Positions 1-9,007 of a stretch of 64,000 bases of DNA are shown piece by piece. The notes under the pieces are model-generated. The model made no database searches and was not told the origin of the DNA. It was given only the letters and a program-made list of their open reading frames with translations. The stretch comes from a virus. Position 1 is the stretch's first letter, and each line of letters starts with the position of its first letter. The DNA is taken from the IMG/VR virus record IMGVR_UViG_3300021185_002348, positions 3,918 through 67,917 of that record, one strand, 5' to 3'. A program made the position numbers and the translations under genes.

Positions 1-477
1 GAAATCAAGCAAGAGCTTGCAAACAAAAGAGCTGGTAAGAACTTTGCGTCTAGAAAGACCAATACGAAAAAGTTTGCCAAAAAACACAATCTTTATTTGC
101 CGTCAGGCGAAAAATCAATTTATGATGACAATATAGATTGGACAGCCGCTATCAAACAGAAGTATGACACTACCTTCGAGGTATGGTCGGATATTCATTG
201 GAAGAGTAAGAAAGTAAGTACTCGCAATCTGAAAGATATGACAGACGAAGAGTATAAGTCGTACAAAAATGCGGCCAGTAGAAAATGCAGATTTAATGCA
301 CAATTGAAAATCACGGGTGTAAGTTTAGACGACTTTCTTACTCACATATGTGTTAACGAAGCCAAATTTTTCTCAGACGAATATCAAGACGAACATAAAG
401 TTACAAAAGGTAACAAAGTGAGTGTTTACAATCTTGAATATTGGTTAGATACGATCATGGAAATCATGCCTGAATAA
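1..477 (+). CDS. Hypothetical early protein, 5'-truncated by the window edge
   Basis: Frame 1 is open from base 1 (EIKQELANKR...) into the 97..477 ORF, so the true start lies upstream of the window. Confidence 0.7.
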   Translation, partial: EIKQELANKRAGKNFASRKTNTKKFAKKHNLYLPSGEKSIYDDNIDWTAAIKQKYDTTFEVWSDIHWKSKKVSTRNLKDMTDEEYKSYKNAASRKCRFNAQLKITGVSLDDFLTHICVNEAKFFSDEYQDEHKVTKGNKVSVYNLEYWLDTIMEIMPE

Positions 478-492
478 ACACAGTTTCACTAT

Positions 493-523
493 CACGACTG
501 GGAATAACTCTCAGTCGTGTTTA
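493..523 (+). terminator. Hairpin, possible intrinsic terminator
   Basis: CACGACTGGGA-ATAAC-TCTCAGTCGTG 11-bp stem followed by a short T run. Confidence 0.55.
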
Positions 524-560
524 TAAGTCCAAATTAATCACAAACAGTAATATCAAAAAG

Positions 561-1067
561 ATGGAAAAAACAGTTAAAAATTGCACAATTTGCAATCAAG
601 TCGGCCAAAGCCGATGTCCAGAACACGTAGTTGTAGATCATTTCGACCAAAAATTCCACGAGTGGATGTCTTCAGACAATGTAATTAAGCTTGATTCGGA
701 CCAATATACTACACAGTGTACTCAATACACTTGGAAAATGACACAGAATGAACTCGCAAGTTATTTCTACAAAGAATATTATCGGTTAGACTTCCCAGAC
801 AAAGAAGTTCTATTGACTATTCGTCCAGAAAAAATTACGATTAAAAATATATCAACTGGAGAAACAGAAGAAGTAGAATCAGACGGAGGACTCACATCTA
901 TAACTACAGAGGTAGACGAATTCAACAGAAGAGTGGATGAAGATGCCAGAGAGAGTTTATACAATCAATATATACAGGAATATTCTTACGTAGGGGATTT
1001 ACCTATATCGGATGATATGAAACAGAGAATCATAACAGATATGATCGATTGTACGTTACACAGTTAA
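561..1067 (+). CDS. Hypothetical early protein with N-terminal CxxC...CxxH
   Basis: 168-aa ORF, A-rich leader, co-oriented with neighbours. Confidence 0.7.
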   Translation: MEKTVKNCTICNQVGQSRCPEHVVVDHFDQKFHEWMSSDNVIKLDSDQYTTQCTQYTWKMTQNELASYFYKEYYRLDFPDKEVLLTIRPEKITIKNISTGETEEVESDGGLTSITTEVDEFNRRVDEDARESLYNQYIQEYSYVGDLPISDDMKQRIITDMIDCTLHS

Positions 1068-1100
1068 ATTTTAAACAAACATTTTAAACAAACAGAAATT

Positions 1101-1505
1101 ATGTCAGTAAGTATTACATGCGACAATTGTCACAACTTTCTTGGCTACGGCCGAGAACTACCAATAGATGTTCACTGCAGCGAATGCGGTGAGAATACAT
1201 ACAACGATTACGGTTATACGGATGAAGACGAAGGAATCGATAAAGAGGAAGATACAGTTTCACTATCACAACCTGAACCTGCACCGATACACTACATTCC
1301 GAATATGAAAAAACTGCAGATGATCAAGCAGATTTTAAACATGCGGAAAATTAATCTTGAAGCAGATATATACGTCAGTGGAGCATTTCCCGATCTTGTA
1401 GATGAATTAGAAGTCCGGAAAGAACTGTTAGATTATATAAATGTATTAATCGACATCGAACAAGACTATCCGATATTAGGCATACAGAAACTAAACAATA
1501 ATTAA
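1101..1505 (+). CDS. Zinc-ribbon hypothetical protein
   Basis: CDNC...CSEC near the N-terminus. Confidence 0.7.
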   Translation: MSVSITCDNCHNFLGYGRELPIDVHCSECGENTYNDYGYTDEDEGIDKEEDTVSLSQPEPAPIHYIPNMKKLQMIKQILNMRKINLEADIYVSGAFPDLVDELEVRKELLDYINVLIDIEQDYPILGIQKLNNN

Positions 1506-1519
1506 AAAACGATCGAAAA

Positions 1520-1831
1520 ATGGATTTAAATACAATCGAAAAGCAATTGACGGACAAGTCAATCGGAGACATCAGAAAGTGTGCACAAGAAATAGTTAAC
1601 GTATTGAAAGCTTTCTCCGAAGATAAAACAGGCAAAATCAGAAACGGAATACATTGGCCGGTAAACCGCGATTATAATAGTAGAACTGATAGTTACACAT
1701 ACCAATATAGTCATTTGGATTATCATAGATTAGAAAAAATCATTATTGAATCTATACAAAATGATCTGTTGGATGATATAGTCAAAAAGAAAACTACAGA
1801 TTTATTATCAAAGTTAGAGCTATTAGATTAA
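1520..1831 (+). CDS. Hypothetical protein
   Basis: 103-aa ORF followed by a terminator. Confidence 0.7.
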   Translation: MDLNTIEKQLTDKSIGDIRKCAQEIVNVLKAFSEDKTGKIRNGIHWPVNRDYNSRTDSYTYQYSHLDYHRLEKIIIESIQNDLLDDIVKKKTTDLLSKLELLD

Positions 1832-1835
1832 TATT

Positions 1836-1864
1836 AAAAGGCTGATTAAGTTCAGTCTTTTTTT
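1836..1864 (+). terminator. Intrinsic terminator
   Basis: AAAAGGCTGA-TTAAGT-TCAGTCTTTT followed by a T tract. Confidence 0.75.
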
Positions 1865-1925
1865 ATCACAGTCTCGCTATCACAGTCAAAATTTTAGCTG
1901 AGAATTGATCAATTATGACTTAGCT

Positions 1926-1987
1926 AAGTAACTGTATAAATCGGGGAAATTTTAAAATTTTTTTTATTATTTTTATTTATAATTAAT
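1926..1987 (+). promoter_or_regulatory. Early promoter/regulatory element, copy 1
   Basis: AAGTAACTGTATAAATCGGGGA is 20/22 identical to 3502-3523; TATAATTAAT starts 52 bp after the start of both copies. Confidence 0.6.
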
Positions 1988-1998
1988 TAATCACAGAC

Positions 1999-2262
1999 AT
2001 GAAACAAACAGAAATTACCATCCCGAAGTGTTGCGCATCTTGCAAAAAGCTCATCCATCCTTTACGGTTAAAAGTATTACCGCATGCAAATACATGCGTA
2101 AATTGTAGCACGGCTAAACCAGTCGGTTGTGTTCCAATCAACAGCCACAAGACTGGCAATACAATTCAAATATTACCGCATGATATGGCGGCCAGCATGA
2201 ACAAAAATTGCGCACGTTCAGGCTATGGTATCACCCGATCATTACGTGGTAAAAACGGTTAA
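1999..2262 (+). CDS. TraR/DksA-type C4 zinc-finger protein
   Basis: CxxC-x-I-x-P-x-RL-x-x-LP-x-x-x-x-CVNC pattern. Confidence 0.65.
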   Translation: MKQTEITIPKCCASCKKLIHPLRLKVLPHANTCVNCSTAKPVGCVPINSHKTGNTIQILPHDMAASMNKNCARSGYGITRSLRGKNG

Positions 2263-2281
2263 ACTTAAACAATTAGAAATT

Positions 2282-2584
2282 ATGCCAAAACAAAAAACTT
2301 ACAACACACTCGGAATTTTCCTATTAGAAGATTATATGGGAAGCAAACGCAGTTTAATACTACGACTGAATGAAACAAGCGGTTTTATATCATACGTAAT
2401 GTATCAAGGCCATGGAAGCTCAGGCGTAGGTCATTCACTCAGTGGTCTACAGTGTAAAAGTCTACCGTATGAAAAAATATCAGACGACGAAACTATAGAA
2501 GAATTCAAAGCCCGGGTTGCTATCGCAATCCAAGAAGATTCAGTCTTCAAATTTATCAGAGAACGTAAAACAGTTAAATTTTAA
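2282..2584 (+). CDS. Hypothetical protein
   Basis: Track ORF 2225..2584; ATG at 2282 preferred because it avoids overlap and has an A-rich leader. Confidence 0.6.
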   Translation: MPKQKTYNTLGIFLLEDYMGSKRSLILRLNETSGFISYVMYQGHGSSGVGHSLSGLQCKSLPYEKISDDETIEEFKARVAIAIQEDSVFKFIRERKTVKF

Positions 2585-2588
2585 TCAA

Positions 2589-3245
2589 ATGCAAAAGTCA
2601 GTTAAATTAAATCAAAGAGAAGCTACAAACCAAAAGTACTTCAATTCGCAAAAACGATTAGTAAGTCTACTACGTAAAAATACATATGTATATCGCGAGG
2701 AGCTTGAAACAGTTAAAAACATCGGTCAGATACCATGGATGTTTATGATTAACTGCTTGACAGCCAAGCAAGTAGACAACTCGCCTAGCCAAGGCAGAAA
2801 TAAATTAAAGTATTGTTGGAACGGAACTACACCGTCTGTTAAAATTACAGAAGGAATGATACGGGCAATGAGAGCGAACAAAGAAAACCAAACAGTTAAA
2901 CAACCAGAAATTAAAAAGCCAACGAGCATGAAAGAAGTCGCGATCGAAGAACAACAAGCAGCCAACTATGAGCAGCAATTTGAAGAATTAAAGTCGGAAA
3001 TACATGCATTGCGAAATACAGCAAATGGAAACACACTTAATATTACCGACCTTTGGCAATTCGCATACGAACTTGAAGCAACTATTGAAGACAATGATAA
3101 AACTAAACCGTCGTTGCTATCACGCATAAAGTTCCCAGTCCAACGCTTTTGGAACGAAAAACCTTCATTCAGATACTTTGTATATTATTCACTAGCGTGG
3201 ATTACGATCAGTTCTGCAGTATTAATTTATTTTAACAGATTGTAA
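2589..3245 (+). CDS. Hypothetical coiled-coil protein with C-terminal membrane anchor
   Basis: ATG at 2589 follows the upstream stop; hydrophobic tail YFVYYSLAWITISSAVLIYF. Confidence 0.65.
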   Translation: MQKSVKLNQREATNQKYFNSQKRLVSLLRKNTYVYREELETVKNIGQIPWMFMINCLTAKQVDNSPSQGRNKLKYCWNGTTPSVKITEGMIRAMRANKENQTVKQPEIKKPTSMKEVAIEEQQAANYEQQFEELKSEIHALRNTANGNTLNITDLWQFAYELEATIEDNDKTKPSLLSRIKFPVQRFWNEKPSFRYFVYYSLAWITISSAVLIYFNRL

Positions 3246-3246
3246 G

Positions 3247-3462
3247 ATGAATAAGGACACTCAACTACAACTTACGGAGCTACACATGGCTCAAATCAAA
3301 GCCCTGCAGAATAAATGTACGGAGCTACAGTCGAAAATTGATCAAGTAGCAATTTTAATAGACCGTTCTAAACTATATAAACCACGTACAAGAGAGCAGT
3401 CTAGCGATATTCTTACCGATATATTTTATAGCTGGAAAGAAATATATGAGACTAACGATTGA
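3247..3462 (+). CDS. Hypothetical protein
   Basis: 71-aa ORF closely following the upstream gene. Confidence 0.55.
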   Translation: MNKDTQLQLTELHMAQIKALQNKCTELQSKIDQVAILIDRSKLYKPRTREQSSDILTDIFYSWKEIYETND

Positions 3463-3501
3463 AATAAACATGCGAAATATTGTTAATAAATTGACGCGGC
3501 A

Positions 3502-3563
3502 AAGTAACTGTACTAATCGGGGATTTTTATTAACATTATTTTGTATATTTATATATAATTAAT
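3502..3563 (+). promoter_or_regulatory. Early promoter/regulatory element, copy 2
   Basis: AAGTAACTGTACTAATCGGGGA, then TATATTTA at 3544-3551 and TATAATTAAT at 3554-3563. Confidence 0.6.
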
Positions 3564-3582
3564 AACCACAGAAAACAAACAA

Positions 3583-4422
3583 ATGGAAACACAATCCTAT
3601 TTAAACGTTAGCAACGCTAATTCAATCGAGCAGTTATATACTGTGGGTGGTCGTGCAGACTACCAATCAAAGAAAGAATATCTTATAAAGAAACGTGCGT
3701 CAAAACGCTATCACGACCTGCTTAAAGCAGCCAAAAAAGCGAACATTACGGCCTCGCAATATGCAATTAACAACCACGATTGCACAATTGACGAATACTG
3801 TGGCTCAGAATATATTCAGTCAAAAGTATTTCAAGGCTTTTCACCCAGCTTGACTAACGATCAAATTAAAATACTTAAGAAAGTCAACAGCCAAGTATCA
3901 AACAGTTTGCCGTTTTACATGAAAATGAAGCACATGCATGTAATTATACAAGCAGCTTTATACAATTGTACCGATACGCCTTATTCAAGTATATATTATA
4001 AAACAGCGGATATGTCAAGCCGCAGAGACGTTTACGAATCTAACAAAGTTAAGTCCTTGGTTTGCAATAAAGTAGGCACGGAAAATTACTTCAACAATTT
4101 ATATTACTGCATTAGCAACGATAAATATGTCAACATAGTAGACTACATATCTAAGCATATAGAATTTACCGCAGCTACTATCACAGAAATGATCAACAAT
4201 GAGAATGTGGTAATTGACTTTAACGAGCCAAACTACAAAAAGCTTACTGACCGTAAATTTACATACGCTGAAATATTTAACAACGTATTTACTGTTGACG
4301 ACAACACAAGCGAAAGCTTATTCCAAAATAACTACCTGTATAACACGGCAGTTGATAAAACATATGAATACTTTAATGGCTTGGAAGTGCCAGCAAACTT
4401 CTACAATTCAATTAATTATTAA
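3583..4422 (+). CDS. Divergent amidoligase-like protein
   Basis: HDCTI..GSEY, KHMHV and KYVN..HIEF align in order with DGSI.GAEY, GVHVHI and RY..LN..TIEFR of ORF 5614. Confidence 0.5.
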   Translation: METQSYLNVSNANSIEQLYTVGGRADYQSKKEYLIKKRASKRYHDLLKAAKKANITASQYAINNHDCTIDEYCGSEYIQSKVFQGFSPSLTNDQIKILKKVNSQVSNSLPFYMKMKHMHVIIQAALYNCTDTPYSSIYYKTADMSSRRDVYESNKVKSLVCNKVGTENYFNNLYYCISNDKYVNIVDYISKHIEFTAATITEMINNENVVIDFNEPNYKKLTDRKFTYAEIFNNVFTVDDNTSESLFQNNYLYNTAVDKTYEYFNGLEVPANFYNSINY

Positions 4423-4443
4423 CCAACATAAAAAAACAGAACT

Positions 4444-5433
4444 ATGTGTGGATTAATCGGTTACTCGGGCGAACAATCGCCAAACTTATTTTACTTAAAT
4501 TTCATTTTAGCGGATAATGATTCGCGTGGCGGTCACTCGTCGGGTATAATGATCGGCAATCATACTGAGAAATGCATCGGTAAAAGTGCCAATCTTCTTC
4601 CTATAATGAATAAATTTCAAACAAATCAACAGTTTGTCGCTATCGCACATACGCGTTACGCAACCCACGGCAAGCAAACAGCTAATAACAGTCATCCTTT
4701 TAAATACGGAAAGATTATTGGCGCTCACAACGGTGTATTAAGCAATTATGAAGAAGTGTGTGAAACATACAATCTTAAAACGCCTGATGTGGATTCTAAA
4801 GCTATATTCTCTTTGCTTAATTCAAAGAAAGATTATACTATGCTTGATCGCTTTGACGGCACTATGGCTGTATTATTTACCGACGGTGACGACAATCTTT
4901 ATGTCTACCGTAAAAACAATCCTTTATTTATTGCAAAAGTAGATGGCGGTGTGTATTTCTCATCCCTTCGAGCATCATTAGATATTATATCGGATGATGT
5001 ATCTGAAGTTGCTACTGGCGAATTACAATGCTGGCATAAAGGCAAGTGTATATCTACTGTTAAAATTACTCCCAATCCGATCGCTGCAAAAAAAGTTGTC
5101 AATACAGATTGGTCAGCTTACGGTAAAACGACTAAATCAACTAAAAGTTATAACCACTGGGGTTCGTATGGCTGGGATGATTACAGTACAAAACAAACGC
5201 CAACTACTAATACATATGATATAAACCAATATACATCAGAGCCCGGCACTCGCGGTGAAATATTAGATATGGCTGATTGTATTGACGATGTTGTATGGGA
5301 AGACAGAAACATACTGTCTAACGAACAGACTAAGCTACTAGAAAAAGCAGCCGATATATTACGCTATGATGTTACAAGCTTCTATAAAGAAATATTAGAA
5401 GATGAAGTAGACGACCAAACATTACCATTTTAA
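4444..5433 (+). CDS. Class II glutamine amidotransferase (Ntn hydrolase)
   Basis: MCGLIG N-terminal Cys, RGxxSSG, HTRYATHG, NSHPF, HNG, VDS. Confidence 0.93.
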   Translation: MCGLIGYSGEQSPNLFYLNFILADNDSRGGHSSGIMIGNHTEKCIGKSANLLPIMNKFQTNQQFVAIAHTRYATHGKQTANNSHPFKYGKIIGAHNGVLSNYEEVCETYNLKTPDVDSKAIFSLLNSKKDYTMLDRFDGTMAVLFTDGDDNLYVYRKNNPLFIAKVDGGVYFSSLRASLDIISDDVSEVATGELQCWHKGKCISTVKITPNPIAAKKVVNTDWSAYGKTTKSTKSYNHWGSYGWDDYSTKQTPTTNTYDINQYTSEPGTRGEILDMADCIDDVVWEDRNILSNEQTKLLEKAADILRYDVTSFYKEILEDEVDDQTLPF

Positions 5434-5443
5434 TAAACAGACC

Positions 5444-5617
5444 ATGAAAACAAACTATTCAAAACTGCTTAATAATATATTATTGGAAGCAGACAGTCAA
5501 TTTGTAATTGATTTAGAAAAATCATTTGATACTTTACGCGAACGTAAAGATGTTGACGGCAAACTTATATCAGAAATGATCAACTGTATTAACCAACTTA
5601 AAAAATTCATACAATGA
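5444..5617 (+). CDS. Small hypothetical protein (57 aa, not in ORF track)
   Basis: MKTNYSKLL...KKFIQ; stop overlaps the ATG of 5614 (ATGA). Confidence 0.6.
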   Translation: MKTNYSKLLNNILLEADSQFVIDLEKSFDTLRERKDVDGKLISEMINCINQLKKFIQ

Positions 5618-7380
5618 GCAATTTGACCCAACCTATAAGTTTGCAAGCATTTGCAGACAAAATGCGTGACGCAATAAATATCGCTAGCGAGGCTGATGAA
5701 AATATACGGCTAGATCATTACGTTGCTATCGCACAGGATATTACTTCTTTAATAAACAGTCGATTTGAAACACGTAATACAAGCTTCCATGTTGAAGATG
5801 AATCACGGATAATTAACCGCCGTACGTATAATTCGTTGTTATCCGCTATATATAGTATACGTAGATTATTAGACAGAGCATCAACAAATGACGATAATCT
5901 TGCTAATATATACAAGCAGCTTACTATACCGATCGTTTCTGATAAAGAAGAAGACGAGTTTAAATTTGAACAAGTCAAAATATGTGGCGGATTAACTTCT
6001 ACATTTTATACAAATGGCTATATACTTTCAGAAGATGAATTTGAAAAAGTAGGTTCTGATTGCACACGCTTTTTTCACAGAGATTCAGAATACGCCGATT
6101 ACGCATATTGTGAAGACTTAGACGAATATCATCTTGCTGAAGATACAATGTATTTAGAATTATATGACCACTATGTACATTATCAAAATTCTGATATAGT
6201 TGAAACGCACGACGGACAACAAATATACCAGAATGACGCAGTAATGGTACACGACCGCAACTTTGATGAAGTTTACATTCATGAAGACACCGATCATATA
6301 TATACAAACGACTATAGATATTTAAACGAAGAAGCTGCCGAGGCAAACGGCTGTTGGTATGACGACAATTATGATGAATGGCGTGAAGATCACGAAAGAA
6401 CCGACGATCTGTACTTTAGCAATCCTTTTGCTGCGTCAGAAATGCGCAGATATAAACAATCGCTATCACAAATAGAATATACAGCTCTTGAACATACTCT
6501 AGGTATTACCTCTATAACAAACAGGCAATTCAACGGTATGAAATACACGTTTGGCGTTGAAATCGAAACGCATAACATCAGTAATAATTTTGATGCCGCA
6601 AGTCTAAAGTTAAACGTAGCATCTGTAAGCGATGGTTCAATAAGCGGTGCCGAATATGTTACCGGTCCTATGACTGGCGATACCGGCCTGAACAACGTCA
6701 AATCGCTATGCAAAACATTAAACGCAAAAGGCGCCACCATAAATAACAAATGCGGTGTTCATGTACATATTGGCGGTGCGCAATTTAATCGCCGATTTCA
6801 AATACTGTCTATAATGTTAGGTATGCAAATTCAAGATGAAATGTTTGCCATGCAGCCTGAATCACGCCAAAGTAATACTTACTGCAAAGGTATTCCAGAG
6901 AAATATTTAATGCTAAAGAATTGCTTTAAGCTTGACAACAACAATCGTAAACAATCTTTAAAGTATTTGCATGAATATGTAACAAATAGCTCACGCGAGT
7001 TTAATCAAGACCGCAATAAAAAACGATCGCATCCTAACGGTCACTATTGCAGCTCTCGTTATAAATGGCTAAACTTAAACAATTGTGCTTTTTCTAGCGG
7101 CCCTGAAACTATTGAATTTCGCTTACAAAGTGGTACAACAGAATTTGACAAAATTAAATACTTTGTGCAAATTTGTATGGCCTTTGTTAATTTTGTAGAA
7201 AATAAAAGTCGTAGAATACACATCGGCTTACAACACCATTATGACTACAAAAAGCGTAACACAATGGTTTTAGGCAATTCAGTATCACTGCGAGAAGTAA
7301 TTGAATATTCATATTCAACCGATCAAGCAACTGAAATTATTAATTATGTTAAATTGCGTACCGATAAATTCCTAAAATAA
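5614..7380 (+). CDS. Putative amidoligase (COOH-NH2 ligase) with acidic/aromatic N-terminal region
   Basis: FGVEIE, DGS..GAEYV, CGVHVHIG, RYKWLN, TIEFR motifs. Confidence 0.9.
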   Translation: MSNLTQPISLQAFADKMRDAINIASEADENIRLDHYVAIAQDITSLINSRFETRNTSFHVEDESRIINRRTYNSLLSAIYSIRRLLDRASTNDDNLANIYKQLTIPIVSDKEEDEFKFEQVKICGGLTSTFYTNGYILSEDEFEKVGSDCTRFFHRDSEYADYAYCEDLDEYHLAEDTMYLELYDHYVHYQNSDIVETHDGQQIYQNDAVMVHDRNFDEVYIHEDTDHIYTNDYRYLNEEAAEANGCWYDDNYDEWREDHERTDDLYFSNPFAASEMRRYKQSLSQIEYTALEHTLGITSITNRQFNGMKYTFGVEIETHNISNNFDAASLKLNVASVSDGSISGAEYVTGPMTGDTGLNNVKSLCKTLNAKGATINNKCGVHVHIGGAQFNRRFQILSIMLGMQIQDEMFAMQPESRQSNTYCKGIPEKYLMLKNCFKLDNNNRKQSLKYLHEYVTNSSREFNQDRNKKRSHPNGHYCSSRYKWLNLNNCAFSSGPETIEFRLQSGTTEFDKIKYFVQICMAFVNFVENKSRRIHIGLQHHYDYKKRNTMVLGNSVSLREVIEYSYSTDQATEIINYVKLRTDKFLK

Positions 7381-7526
7381 TGAACAGCTGTCTTGCTTGG
7401 CTCATTATACTTATTACATGCATTGGCTTCTTATACGTCTGCGCTATCGCAGGTCGTATAATGCCAGTCATTGCAGGTTATTTTATTATATTAGCAATCA
7501 TTTCTAATCCTCACAAAGAACAATGA
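7380..7526 (+). CDS. Small two-helix membrane protein (48 aa, not in ORF track)
   Basis: MNSCLAWLIILITCIGFLYVCAIAGRIMPVIAGYFIILAIIS...; translationally coupled at both ends. Confidence 0.6.
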   Translation: MNSCLAWLIILITCIGFLYVCAIAGRIMPVIAGYFIILAIISNPHKEQ

Positions 7527-8341
7527 CAAACTACGAAAAAGAATATTCTGAACTATTACGTGATATATTGCGTAAGCCTGAAGTACCTTATAAAGACAAC
7601 CGCACTGAATCACGGACTATGATGTCTTTTGGTAAAAGCATTACTGCCAACTTGGCTGAAGGCTTTCCCGTATTATCAGGCAGAAAAATGTTTCCAAAAA
7701 CTTTCTTCACCGAGCTTAAATGGTTCACTAATGGCGAAACAAACATACAAAGGTTTAAAGACGCTGGTGTTAAGATATGGAACAAATGGGCTGATAAAAA
7801 CGGCGACTTAGGTCCTGTGTATGGTCATCAACTTCGTAATTTTAACGGAAATGATCAATTACTTAATGTTTTAACCTTATTAAGCACAGACCCAACTAGC
7901 AGGCGTATGGTTGTAAACTTATGGAACCCGTCTGATTTGCCTGACATGGCTTTACCGCCTTGCTATCACACATTCACTTTCTCAGTTGTAAATGATCGGC
8001 TGAATATTGATGTAACAATGCGATCATGCGATGTATTTGTAGGTTTGCCTTACGATATGGCTATGTTTTCAGCTATGAACCACTTGATGTGCGAAGGCTT
8101 TAACTTATCTCCGGGTAAAGTTCGAATAAATATGACAGATGCTCATGTCTATTGGGATAACGTTTCGTCTGCTAATGCTTATATAGAATCAATTGACTTA
8201 GCTATACATACAAAACTTAAGTTTGATATACCTAAGCTATATGTTAAAAACCGTAAAAACATTCTAAACTTTGAACCAGAAGATTTAGAACTTAAAAATT
8301 ACTCTCCAAACAGTCATATTAAAGTCGAAGTTGTACTTTAA
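7523..8341 (+). CDS. thyA: Thymidylate synthase-family enzyme with dCMP-type specificity residues
   Basis: DLGPVYG, SRR, ALPPC, RSCD and HVY motifs; Asp at the E. coli Asn177 position (GLPYD). Confidence 0.9.
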   Translation: MTNYEKEYSELLRDILRKPEVPYKDNRTESRTMMSFGKSITANLAEGFPVLSGRKMFPKTFFTELKWFTNGETNIQRFKDAGVKIWNKWADKNGDLGPVYGHQLRNFNGNDQLLNVLTLLSTDPTSRRMVVNLWNPSDLPDMALPPCYHTFTFSVVNDRLNIDVTMRSCDVFVGLPYDMAMFSAMNHLMCEGFNLSPGKVRINMTDAHVYWDNVSSANAYIESIDLAIHTKLKFDIPKLYVKNRKNILNFEPEDLELKNYSPNSHIKVEVVL

Positions 8342-8346
8342 TTTGC

Positions 8347-8354
8347 TATATTTG
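8347..8354 (+). promoter_or_regulatory. Bacteroidota sigma70 -7 element TATATTTG
   Basis: Matches TAnnTTTG; intergenic. Confidence 0.65.
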
Positions 8355-8359
8355 TAAAT

Positions 8360-8425
8360 ATATGTTTTGAAATAGCCGGTAATAGGGTTTCTGTTTGTCC
8401 CGTGGTTAGTTACCGGTTATTTTTT
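8360..8425 (+). ncRNA. Candidate small RNA or terminator-like leader hairpin
   Basis: 13-bp stem 8370-8382/8410-8422, inner GGG/CCC hairpin, T tract; immediately downstream of a promoter motif. Confidence 0.45.
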
Positions 8426-8453
8426 ACTTTAATAAAATTTAATCAACATAACT

Positions 8454-8738
8454 ATGTCAAAAAAATCACTGCTTCAAATTGCGGATGAAATTACTTCAAA
8501 CAAAAGTACAGAAAAGAACAAATACGGCTCTTTTCAACAAAACTTCGAAGACTCCGCCACTATCGCAAGCATACTTACCAACAAAAATATAACGCCAGAT
8601 ATTGCAAATGCAGTATTAATTGGCCTTAAAATTGCTCGATTAAGAAACGGCTACCACGAAGACAGCTTTCTTGATCTACATGCATATATAGCAGCCTTCG
8701 AAATTAATAACCCAAAGTCAAATAAAAACAAAATCTAA
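8454..8738 (+). CDS. DUF6378/Nmad1-like small helical protein
   Basis: YG....NF...A......LK.AR......DS..D...Y pattern. Confidence 0.7.
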   Translation: MSKKSLLQIADEITSNKSTEKNKYGSFQQNFEDSATIASILTNKNITPDIANAVLIGLKIARLRNGYHEDSFLDLHAYIAAFEINNPKSNKNKI

Positions 8739-9007
8739 TGGACGTAAAAATCAAAAAGTTTAAAGACCGAATACCCGGTCAGCAAAAATCAAAGCAAGAC
8801 TATACAAACCGTGTAGTAATATTTGAAGACATAACAGGTAAAGAATGGATTTGTAATCTTGACAGTCGCACAGAGCAGACTAATTACATTGAAAATAATT
8901 TAACCATAGGTGCTTGCTTCGCTGGTTTTAGAAAGCAAAGTGAAACTCACGTAAAGTTAAAGTCGCCTATATCACTTATTTATAACCCTCAATTGAAGCT
9001 ACTATGA
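8738..9007 (+). CDS. Hypothetical protein
   Basis: 89-aa ORF, translationally coupled. Confidence 0.65.
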   Translation: MDVKIKKFKDRIPGQQKSKQDYTNRVVIFEDITGKEWICNLDSRTEQTNYIENNLTIGACFAGFRKQSETHVKLKSPISLIYNPQLKLL

